64,000 bases of DNA from NCBI GenBank assembly GCA_900552655.1, contig USAE01000001.1, positions 3,392-67,391 on the forward strand, given 5' to 3'. Origin of the DNA: an uncultured Clostridium sp. (GTDB lineage: Bacteria; Bacillota; Clostridia; TANB77; CAG-508). Each line of letters opens with the position of its first letter. The stretch's first letter is position 1. The position numbers were made by a program, and so were the translations under genes. This document shows positions 19,079-27,319 of the stretch, piece by piece. The notes under the pieces are model-generated. The model saw nothing but the letters and a program-made list of their open reading frames with translations, did not search any database and was not told the origin of the DNA.

Positions 19079-21877
19079 TTATGCTTCTTCTTTTGATGTA
19101 TTTATTTTTAATAGTTTGAATATTTCTACTATTACTAGTGGCGCTAGTATTAATAATATTGTTTCTATTAAATTACTCATAGGTAAAATTGGTATACTAA
19201 ATATGTGTCTTAATGCTGGTACTAATAATATTACAAGCATTAATGCTGCTGAGCCACCTATTGCTAGCAATAGCATTTTGTTGTTAAATGGATGTGTTTT
19301 AAATATAGATTTTTTATTATTTCTAATATTAAATACATGTACAAGTTCTGAAAATGCTAATACTATAAACGCCATTGTTTGGCCTATTTCTACTTTTACT
19401 TCTTGTGGTTCTACATATTTGGCTCCATTTGCTAAATCTTCATCTAAATTTTCTACCTCTTCTACGCTATATAATGTTCCTTCTACTCTTACCATTTTTG
19501 GTAAATTTTCTTCTGGTGTAGCAAGACCTATTATAAATGCTGCAAGTGTAAGTAAGCCAATCATAATACCTTGATATACTACTCTAAAGCTCATTCCTTT
19601 TGTAAATATACCTTTTTGCTTATTAGGTTTTCTTTTCATTACATCATCTTCAGCTGGGTCTACTGCTAAGGCTAATGCTGGAAGTGAATCTGTTACTAAA
19701 TTAACCCATAATATATGAATTGGAAGTAATACTTCTATTAAACCAATATCTATTCCAAATGTGCTTCCAAGCCATGGTGTTAAAAGAATTGCAAGGAATA
19801 ATACTATTATTTCACCAACATTGCTAGAAAGTAAAAATTGTATTGCTTTTAATATATTGTCATAAATACGTCTTCCTTCCTCTACAGAAGATACGATAGT
19901 TGCAAAATTGTCGTCTGTTAAAATTACATCTGCTGCTTCCTTAGAAACATCTGTACCTACAATTCCCATTGCACAACCAATATCAGCTGTTTTTAATGCT
20001 GGTGCATCGTTTACACCATCACCTGTCATTGCTACAATTTCGCCATTTGCTTGCCATGCTTTTACTATTCTAACTTTATGCTCTGGTGATACTCTTGCAT
20101 ATACAGAATATTTCCTAATGTTTTTTGTTAAGTCCTCGTCTGACATTTCTTCAAGATCTTGACCTGTTATTGCTTCTTCTTCATTTTCAAGTATTCCTAA
20201 TGCTTTTGCAATTGCAACAGCTGTTATTTTATGGTCACCTGTAATCATTACAGTCTTTATTCCTGCGGTCTTACATTTTTCTACTGCTACTTTAACTTCT
20301 TCTCTTGGTGGGTCTATCATTCCAACCATACCAACATATATTAAATCATTTTCTATAGTTTTCATTTCGTCATCTGTTGGTTCATGGTCTAGTTCCTTAT
20401 ATGCCATTGCTAATACTCTTAAAGCTTCTTTTGCCATGCTAATGTTGTATTTATCTATTACAGATTTATAATTTTCTAAATCTGTTTTAATTTCCCCATT
20501 TACTGAATAAGAATTACATCTTGCAAGTAATTCATCAATTCCACCTTTTGTATAAACAACATATTTATCTCCTACTTTGTTTACAGTTGTCATTAATTTT
20601 CTGTCTGAATCGAATGGAATTTCTTTTATTCTTTTTAATTTTAAAATTTCTTTAACATTATATCCTATTTTAAATCCTAAATCTATTAGTGCTGTTTCTG
20701 TTGGATCTCCTGTTAATTGGTCTTCTGCACCAATTTTAGTGTCATTACATAATGTACATACTTCCATTACTTTATTTAATTCATTGCTTATTTCTTTCAC
20801 ATTTGCAACATCTTCTAAATTTCCATTTGCAAATATTTTTTGAACTGTCATTTTATTTTGTGTTAAAGTTCCTGTTTTATCTGAACATATAACTGTAGCA
20901 CTTCCTAAAGTTTCTACAGCTGGTAATTTCTTTATTATTGCATTTTTCTTTACCATTCTTTGTACCCCAATTGCTAAAACAATTGTAGATACTGCTGCTA
21001 AACCTTCTGGTATTGCTGCAACTGCTAAGCTTACAGCTGTCATAAACATATCTATTACATTTTTTCCATATGCAATACCTATTACAAATATTACTACACA
21101 TATTGCAAGGGCTGCTATTCCTAATGTTTTACCTAATTTATTTAGCTTTGTTTGAAGTGGTGTTTCTGTTCCTTCTGTATCGTTAATTATTTTTGCAATT
21201 TTACCAACTTCTGTATTCATTCCTGTTTCTACAACAATACCTTTTCCTCTTCCATATGTTATAAGTGAAGATGAGAAAAGCATATTTTTTCTATCACCAA
21301 GACTAATTTTTTCGTCTTCTATTATTTCTGTGTCTTTATCTACAGGGACAGATTCTCCTGTTAAAGATGCTTCTTGTGATTTTAGATTTGCACTTTCTAC
21401 TATTCTTAAATCTGCTGGCACATAGTCACCTGTATCTAAAACAACTACATCACCTGGAACTAGTTCTTTAGATTGTACAACACTTATTTTTCCATTACGC
21501 ATAACTTTTGATGCATGTGCACTTAACTTTTGTAGAGCTTCTAAAGATTTTTCTGCTTTACTTTCTTGTACTACACCGATTATTGCATTAACTATAACTA
21601 CTATTAGAATAATAATTGTATCTGTTATTCCTTCTCCTTCTGCAATTCCTACTGCTCCAGAAACTACTGCTGCTACAATTAAAACAATTATCATAAAATC
21701 TTTAAATTGTTCTAAGAATTTTACAAATAAAGATTTTTTCTTTTTTTGTTTTAATTCATTCATTCCATACTTTTCGTAATTTGCTTTTACTTGTTCGTCT
21801 GTCAAGCCTGTTTTAATGTCTGTTTGTAATTCTTTTTCTACTTGACTTATTCCTTTGTTAAACCAATTCACTTCCAT
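19079..21877 (-). CDS. P-type cation-transporting ATPase, type IIA/PMCA-like Ca2+ (or Mn2+) pump.
   Basis: 932 aa. ICSDKTGTLTQN (phosphorylation site), TGDGVNDAPALKTADIGCAMG, ten TM segments, and a PEGL-type motif (AIPEGL). Confidence 0.9.
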   Translation of the reverse strand: MEVNWFNKGISQVEKELQTDIKTGLTDEQVKANYEKYGMNELKQKKKKSLFVKFLEQFKDFMIIVLIVAAVVSGAVGIAEGEGITDTIIILIVVIVNAIIGVVQESKAEKSLEALQKLSAHASKVMRNGKISVVQSKELVPGDVVVLDTGDYVPADLRIVESANLKSQEASLTGESVPVDKDTEIIEDEKISLGDRKNMLFSSSLITYGRGKGIVVETGMNTEVGKIAKIINDTEGTETPLQTKLNKLGKTLGIAALAICVVIFVIGIAYGKNVIDMFMTAVSLAVAAIPEGLAAVSTIVLAIGVQRMVKKNAIIKKLPAVETLGSATVICSDKTGTLTQNKMTVQKIFANGNLEDVANVKEISNELNKVMEVCTLCNDTKIGAEDQLTGDPTETALIDLGFKIGYNVKEILKLKRIKEIPFDSDRKLMTTVNKVGDKYVVYTKGGIDELLARCNSYSVNGEIKTDLENYKSVIDKYNISMAKEALRVLAMAYKELDHEPTDDEMKTIENDLIYVGMVGMIDPPREEVKVAVEKCKTAGIKTVMITGDHKITAVAIAKALGILENEEEAITGQDLEEMSDEDLTKNIRKYSVYARVSPEHKVRIVKAWQANGEIVAMTGDGVNDAPALKTADIGCAMGIVGTDVSKEAADVILTDDNFATIVSSVEEGRRIYDNILKAIQFLLSSNVGEIIVLFLAILLTPWLGSTFGIDIGLIEVLLPIHILWVNLVTDSLPALALAVDPAEDDVMKRKPNKQKGIFTKGMSFRVVYQGIMIGLLTLAAFIIGLATPEENLPKMVRVEGTLYSVEEVENLDEDLANGAKYVEPQEVKVEIGQTMAFIVLAFSELVHVFNIRNNKKSIFKTHPFNNKMLLLAIGGSAALMLVILLVPALRHIFSIPILPMSNLIETILLILAPLVIVEIFKLLKINTSKEEA

Positions 21878-22029
21878 CTCTCCTTTTTTATATTATACAC
21901 AAAAAGCAAGACTTTAAAAAACTTTCTGTGTTTTCTAAAAGTCTTGCTTACCTAAATTAGGTTACTAACCAGAATAGTTCGAGTCTGTTGATTAGTAGTT
22001 TATAAGCTACTCCCTTTTAAAGTAGTTGT
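21878..22029 (-). promoter_or_regulatory. Structured 5' leader of the P-type ATPase, with an intrinsic terminator/attenuator just before the RBS. It is a riboswitch candidate.
   Basis: The minus-strand leader reads ...ACTACTTTAAAAGGGAGTAGC...ACTAATCAACAGACTCGAACTATTCTGGTTAGT..., then AAGCAAGACTTT-(21 nt)-AAAGTCTTGCTTTTTGTGT (a 12-bp perfect stem plus U-run, 21905..21949), then AAAAAGGAGAGATG. Confidence 0.45.
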
Positions 22030-22058
22030 ATTGTATCACTTAATATATTCTTTTTCAA
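22030..22058 (-). promoter_or_regulatory. Sigma-A type promoter for the ATPase leader.
   Basis: On the minus strand, TTGAAA (-35), a 17-nt spacer, then TACAAT (-10). Confidence 0.5.
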
Positions 22059-22096
22059 TATCTAATTGCAAAAATTTGTCTTTAAATAAATCTTTC

Positions 22097-22786
22097 CTAT
22101 TTAGCATATAAAATTAATCTTGCAGAACCATTTTGTGAACATGTTGCAAGTGTTATTTCTGGGGCACCACCTGTATCTCTAAACATATAATTTGTATCTT
22201 GTGGAGATGTTTCAAATTTATTATATATTGTATATTCTACTGTTACGCCATATAAGTCTGTAATATACACTTTATCCCCTATATTTAAATTCTTATTTTT
22301 AGAAAAGAATAATCTATTTAAATAATTATGACCTGCAATTACTGTATTACCTGGTTCATTCGGTCCTGGACCATATTCCACACATACGCCTTTTTCTAGA
22401 GCCTGTTTTGAAAGTGTAGATATAATTGGATATTTTATTCCTGTTTTTGGAATTCTTATATATCCACATATATCATAATTATAATATTTTTTCACACTTT
22501 TTTTAGACTTAGATTTTCTTGCATTATTCACTGTTTTAGCTTTATTTTTTTTAGTGTTTTCTCCTTGGTTTTCAACATTTTCTACTGTTTCGTCATTTAT
22601 TATATCTTCTTCTAGTTCTCCTATTTCATTTTCAAATTCTGCTATATATTCTTCCGAATCATCATTTATAATTTTAGCAGAAATAAATTTATAAGCTATA
22701 TAACCTGCAATGCATAATAACGCTATTAATAATATTATAAAAAAAACATTTAAAATTTTTTTATATGTTTCTTCTGCTGTACTCAT
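22097..22786 (-). CDS. Sortase family transpeptidase (class B-like) with an N-terminal membrane anchor.
   Basis: ...IPKTGIKYPI...GNTVIAGHN...PEITLATCSQNG..., giving catalytic H and TLxTC with C, plus an N-terminal TM. Confidence 0.8.
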   Translation of the reverse strand: MSTAEETYKKILNVFFIILLIALLCIAGYIAYKFISAKIINDDSEEYIAEFENEIGELEEDIINDETVENVENQGENTKKNKAKTVNNARKSKSKKSVKKYYNYDICGYIRIPKTGIKYPIISTLSKQALEKGVCVEYGPGPNEPGNTVIAGHNYLNRLFFSKNKNLNIGDKVYITDLYGVTVEYTIYNKFETSPQDTNYMFRDTGGAPEITLATCSQNGSARLILYAK

Positions 22787-22867
22787 TTTTTCCTCCTAAT
22801 TCTCGGGATTTAATAAAATTTAACCTTGCTAAATGTTCAAAATCTACCGATTTTTCCTATACAATAA

Positions 22868-22907
22868 AAATTTTAAAAGTGAATTGTACAAAATTACAAT
22901 TCACTTT
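22868..22907. terminator. Bidirectional terminator between the two sortase genes.
   Basis: AAAAGTGAATTGTA-caaaat-TACAATTCACTTTT, a 14-bp perfect palindrome with A and T flanks. Confidence 0.6.
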
Positions 22908-22929
22908 TAAACAAAAATCAATCTATGTA

Positions 22930-23601
22930 TTAATTAACAAGTCTTGCCCAAATTATAATTCTTGCTTTGCTATCATCTGTACAAGTAGTTAAAGATATTT
23001 CTGGTTTTCCGTCTGTATTTCTTTCCATATAGTCTGAATCTTCTGGAGTTGTTTCATATTTATTATATATTTCATATTTTAATTTATTTCCGGCGTTATC
23101 TGCAATATATATAATATCTCCATTTTGTAATTTGTAATTATTTGAAAAGAATTGCCCATTTCTATAATTATGCCCTGCAATTACTGTATTTCCTACTTGG
23201 TTTGGTCCTGGACCATATAGTTGTACTACAGATGTATTCATTGCTTTTGTTCCCATTTGCTTTAATATTGGAAGGTCTACGTTAGTTTTTGGTATTTCTA
23301 TTGCTCCCAAAACATCGAACCCTTTAAATTTCTTTTCACCTGTACCACCATTACCACTTGTGTTTGAAACAGAGTTAACATCCATTAGTGAATTAAAATC
23401 ACCTACAACATTGTTTGTTTCTAAAGGTTTTATTCCTGTATTGTTTCCAAATTCTTCTTCCATAAAAGCTTGAGTATCTTCTTCTAGAAAATATTTTGTA
23501 TACATTTCATAACCTAAAAATCCTAATAGTCCAACTATTCCAATTATTACAACAACTAATAATACAGTTAGTATTTTACTATATTTACTATCTATAAACA
23601 T
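22930..23601 (-). CDS. Sortase family transpeptidase, second tandem paralog.
   Basis: ...IEIPKTNVDLPIL...GNTVIAGHNYRNGQFF...PEISLTTCTDD..., the same architecture as the 22097 gene. Confidence 0.8.
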   Translation of the reverse strand: MFIDSKYSKILTVLLVVVIIGIVGLLGFLGYEMYTKYFLEEDTQAFMEEEFGNNTGIKPLETNNVVGDFNSLMDVNSVSNTSGNGGTGEKKFKGFDVLGAIEIPKTNVDLPILKQMGTKAMNTSVVQLYGPGPNQVGNTVIAGHNYRNGQFFSNNYKLQNGDIIYIADNAGNKLKYEIYNKYETTPEDSDYMERNTDGKPEISLTTCTDDSKARIIIWARLVN

Positions 23602-23687
23602 AATCTTACCTCCAATTATCTCTCTAAAGTATATTATACCATATGTTTGTATGTTTTCCTATACTTTATGTAAATTTTTCTTTTGTT

Positions 23688-24032
23688 TTAGCACATCTTC
23701 GTTCCTAATTTTTTTCCTCCTATTAAGTGAAAATGTAAATGTTTAACTTCTTGTCCTCCATCTTCTTTGCAATTGTTTATTATCCTATAGCCACTATCTG
23801 CAATTCCTTGCTCTTTAGCTATTTTATTTATTATTAAGTGTATTTTTGCAATAATATCTGAATCTTTTTCACTTACTTCACTTATATCATTAAAGTGTTT
23901 TTTTGGTATTACTAATATATGCACTGGTGCTATTGGATTAATATCTTTAAATGCTAATATTTCTTCATCTTCATATACTATTGTAGATGGTATTTCTTTA
24001 TTAATTATTTTACAAAATAAACAATTTTCCAT
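23688..24032 (-). CDS. HIT (histidine triad) family nucleotide hydrolase.
   Basis: 114 aa. ...PVHILVIPKKH... and the C-terminal HLHFHLIGG histidine triad. Confidence 0.85.
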   Translation of the reverse strand: MENCLFCKIINKEIPSTIVYEDEEILAFKDINPIAPVHILVIPKKHFNDISEVSEKDSDIIAKIHLIINKIAKEQGIADSGYRIINNCKEDGGQEVKHLHFHLIGGKKLGTKMC

Positions 24033-24048
24033 GTTTGTGCCTCCATAA

Positions 24049-25803
24049 TTATTCTTTAATTAATACCGCTTTTATTCTTCTAATACCAGAAGAACTAGAT
24101 TCTTCTTTCTTTATTTTAAACTTACCAAGTTCTCCTGTATGTTTTACATGTGGTCCTCCACAAATTTCTTTACTAAAGTCACCTATTGTATACACTTTTA
24201 CTCTGTCACCATATTTGCTTGTAAATAACCCTATTGCTCCAGAATTTTTAGCTTCATCATAAGACATTTCTTCACAAGTTACTTGTAAATCTTCTTCTAT
24301 TTTTTTATTTACTAAATCTTCAACTTCTTTTATTTCCTCTTTTGTCATTTTTTGTGGATGTGTAAAGTCAAATCTTAGTCTTTCTGTAGTAATATTAGAG
24401 CCACTTTGTTTTACATGTTCGCCTAAAACTTCTCTTAATGCTTCATGTAATAAATGTGTTGCAGTATGGTAAGCTGTAGTTTGCTCGTTTTGTTCTGCTA
24501 AACCACCTTTAAATTTTTGTTCACTACCTTGTCTTGATTTTTCTTGATGTTCTTTAAATAATTTATTAAATCCTTCCATGTCTACATTTATGTTATTTTC
24601 TTTTGCCAATTCTTCTGTTACCTCTGGTGGGAAACCATAAGTATCATATAATCTGAATACTGTTTCTGAATCTATACTATCTTTTCCTTGTTCTTTCGCT
24701 TTATTAGTAGCTTTTATAAATTCTCTTTCTCCATGTTCTAATGTTTTTACAAATTTATTTTGTTCTTCCAGTATAACTTGCACTATTATTTCTTTATTTT
24801 TAATTAATTCCGGATACATTTCTTTTAAGTTTTCTATATTTAAGTTTATTAAGTTTTCTGTTTCTGATAAGTTTATTTGAAGTTTGTTTAGATGTCTTAT
24901 CATTCTTCTTATTAGTCTTCTTAAAACATATCCTCTGTCTATATTACTTGGTCTTCCTCCATCTGCTATAATCATCATAGAAGATCTTAAATGTTCTGCA
25001 ACAATTCTTCTACTTTGCACGTTATCTACTTTTTGTAACTCTTCTAATTTTTGCATTACTGGTGCAAATAACTCAGTTTCAAATGGAGTTTGTTTTCCTT
25101 GTAGTAGCATTGTCATTCTTTCTAAACCAAGCCCTGTATCTACATTATGTTGTTTTAATTCTGTTAATTTTCCATCTTTATGTTTAAAATATTTCATAAA
25201 TACATTATTCCAAATTTCTACATATTTACCACAGTCGCAGTCTGGGTTACAACCTTCAGAACATTTTGGCTTACCTGTATCATAAAACATTTCTGTATCT
25301 GGACCACAAGGACCTTCTTCGCCTGCTATCCACCAATTTTCTTTTAGGAAATATATTCTTTCTTTTGGAATTCCAACTTCTTCCCAATATTTTGCTGCTT
25401 CTTCATCTTTTTTAGCATCATCATTTCCTGCAAAACAAGTAACAGATAATTTTTCTACAGGAATATTTAATTCTTTTGTTAAAAATTCAAAACTCATTTT
25501 TATTGCATCTTCTTTAAAATATGCTCCCAATGACCAATTACCTAACATTTCGAAATATGTTAAGTGTCTATTATCTCCAACCTCTTCTATATCGTTTGTT
25601 CTTACACATTTTTGGTAATCTGTTAGTTTATTACCTTCTGGATGTTTTTCTCCCAACAAATATGGTACTAATGGTTGCATTCCAGCAGTTGTAAATAATA
25701 CAGATGGATCATTAATTGGAATTAATGGTGCACTTGGTATTACTTTATGATTATGTTCTTCAAAAAATTTTAAAAACTTATTTCTTATTTCTATTGCTTT
25801 CAT
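24049..25803 (-). CDS. Alanine--tRNA ligase-like protein, a short form. The aminoacylation, tRNA-recognition and editing HxxxH/CGGPH elements are present. The beta-barrel linker and the C-Ala domain of canonical AlaRS appear to be absent.
   Basis: 584 aa, against about 870-880 for bacterial AlaS. N-terminus ...FTTAGMQP...YQKCVRTNDIEEVGDNRHLTYFEMLGNWSLG...GPCGPDTEMFYD...VEIWNNVFM. The editing core is HTATHLLHEALREVLGEHVKQSGSNITTERLRFDF...ICGGPHVKHTGELG. The protein stops about 40 aa later. Confidence 0.65.
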   Translation of the reverse strand: MKAIEIRNKFLKFFEEHNHKVIPSAPLIPINDPSVLFTTAGMQPLVPYLLGEKHPEGNKLTDYQKCVRTNDIEEVGDNRHLTYFEMLGNWSLGAYFKEDAIKMSFEFLTKELNIPVEKLSVTCFAGNDDAKKDEEAAKYWEEVGIPKERIYFLKENWWIAGEEGPCGPDTEMFYDTGKPKCSEGCNPDCDCGKYVEIWNNVFMKYFKHKDGKLTELKQHNVDTGLGLERMTMLLQGKQTPFETELFAPVMQKLEELQKVDNVQSRRIVAEHLRSSMMIIADGGRPSNIDRGYVLRRLIRRMIRHLNKLQINLSETENLINLNIENLKEMYPELIKNKEIIVQVILEEQNKFVKTLEHGEREFIKATNKAKEQGKDSIDSETVFRLYDTYGFPPEVTEELAKENNINVDMEGFNKLFKEHQEKSRQGSEQKFKGGLAEQNEQTTAYHTATHLLHEALREVLGEHVKQSGSNITTERLRFDFTHPQKMTKEEIKEVEDLVNKKIEEDLQVTCEEMSYDEAKNSGAIGLFTSKYGDRVKVYTIGDFSKEICGGPHVKHTGELGKFKIKKEESSSSGIRRIKAVLIKE

Positions 25804-25985
25804 TTTCTTCTCCTTTTGGCTTTGCTTTTTTATGCTAATATATTAATTTTAGCTTATTTTTCGCATTTAAATTATATTATATTCTAATGTAAATTGCAAG
25901 AATTATCATATTTTTATCTTTTAGTGCATAATTTAATTATTTCTAGAAATACTAATTTTAGACAAAACTTAAAAGGAGGAAATTT

Positions 25986-26541
25986 ATGAAAGCAACTGGA
26001 GTAGTAAGAAGAATTGATGATTTAGGTAGAGTAGTTATTCCAAAAGAAATACGAAAAACTTTAAGAATAAAAGAACGGTGATCCTTTAGAAATATTTACC
26101 GATAAAGAAGGTGAAGTTATATTAAAAAAATACTCTCCTATTGGTGAATTATCTGAATTTGCCTTCGGATATGCTGAAACTTTAGCAAAAACAACAGGAC
26201 ATATTGCTTGCATAACAGATAAAGATACTGTTATTGCAGTTGCTGGTGGTTCTAAAAAAGATTACTTAGAGCAAAGTTTAAGTCAGGAAATAGAGCAGAT
26301 TATGGAAGATAAAGAAATTTATAAAAGTGATAAAAATAATAATTTGTCTGTTCCTATTGTAAAAAATGATAAATCAGATAAAAAATATAATTCTCAAATT
26401 GTATATCCAATTATTTCTAATGGTGATTCTATTGGAACTGTTATATTACTTTCTAAAGAAGCTTCTACTAAAATGACTGATGTAGAAGCAAAAGTAGCAC
26501 AATCTGCTGCTAGCTTTTTAGGTAGCCAAATGGAAATATAA
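25986..26541 (+). pseudogene. spoVT: Stage V sporulation protein T (SpoVT: AbrB-type N-terminal domain plus GAF-like C-terminal domain), interrupted by a +1 frameshift at about 26076. It could equally be an intact gene with a sequencing error.
   Basis: RBS AAAAGGAGG. MKATGVVRRIDDLGRVVIPKEIRKTLRIKER* matches the SpoVT N-terminus. Removing the C in AAAGAA[C]GGTGATCC gives ...RIKEGDPLEIFTDKEGEVILKKYSPIGELSEFAFGYAETLAKTTGHIACITDKDTVIAVAGGSKKDYLEQSLSQEIEQIMEDK...ILLSKEASTKMTDVEAKVAQSAASFLGSQMEI, collinear with B. subtilis SpoVT. Confidence 0.8.
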
Positions 26542-26570
26542 TACCTCAAATGAGGTGTTATACATATATT

Positions 26571-27233
26571 CTAATCTTTTGCTATTGTTAGTACTCCTAC
26601 TTTTTTTGCTTTATGTTCTTTAAGAACTCTACTACATTCGTTTGTTGTACTTCCTGTTGTAAAAACATCATCAAATATTAATATCTTTCTATCTTCTATT
26701 TTATTTTCTTTATTAATTATCTCATACACACCTTTTATATTATCTTTTCTTTCTGCTTTATTTAAAGTACTTTGTGGTTTTATATTTTCTGTTTTTTTAA
26801 TTATATTATTCTTTATTATTATATTTTTTTCTAATTTAGAAAGTTCTTTTAAAATTAAATATGCTTGGTTATATCCTCTTTCTCTATACCTATACTTATG
26901 TAATGGTACTGGTATTATATAATCATATTTTTGTATATATTGCATAACTTTTTTATTTGTATATATTATTTGCGCAAAAAATTTATATAAGTATGCATTG
27001 TCTTTAAACTTATATTTTCTTATTTTATCTTTAATTATTCCATTATATTTACAAATGTGCATATGTTCATCATAAAAAATTCCTTTTCTATCTAAAAAAC
27101 ATTTTCTGTTTGGATAAATTGTGTATTTTAACTTTATTTTGCATTTATTACATATTATCTCATCACAAATTTTGTCACATATAGCACAGGTTTGTGGAAA
27201 AAATAAATTGGAAGCTATATTTAAAAAATTCAT
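26571..27233 (-). CDS. comFC: ComFC-like phosphoribosyltransferase (competence protein F family) with an N-terminal Cys4 zinc finger.
   Basis: CAICDKICDEIICNKC at the N-terminus. The C-terminal PRTase motif is ILIFDDVFTTGSTTNECSRVL. Confidence 0.75.
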   Translation of the reverse strand: MNFLNIASNLFFPQTCAICDKICDEIICNKCKIKLKYTIYPNRKCFLDRKGIFYDEHMHICKYNGIIKDKIRKYKFKDNAYLYKFFAQIIYTNKKVMQYIQKYDYIIPVPLHKYRYRERGYNQAYLILKELSKLEKNIIIKNNIIKKTENIKPQSTLNKAERKDNIKGVYEIINKENKIEDRKILIFDDVFTTGSTTNECSRVLKEHKAKKVGVLTIAKD

Positions 27234-27319
27234 TTTTTCTCCTTATAGCCCCCAATTTTTTATTAATCTAGTTTTTAGTATTTTTATATCTTTTAATTCC
27301 TACCATAAAATTATATTTA

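Noticed and set aside
19116-19574. Plus-strand 152-aa ORF inside the P-type ATPase gene, and similar antisense ORFs (30336..30902 in mreB, 34394..34867 in spoIIP, 53531..53965 in the HTH gene, 62344..62733 in recA).
   Set aside because: Each is fully embedded antisense in a strongly supported conserved gene. They have no RBS and their composition is typical of spurious frames.
21955-22015. Possible tRNA-like T-arm (TAGTTCGAGTCTG) on the plus strand upstream of the ATPase.
   Set aside because: No acceptor stem, D-arm or CCA context could be built. The stem-loop geometry (4-bp stem, 10-nt loop) is wrong for a T-arm. It is better explained as part of the minus-strand leader structure.
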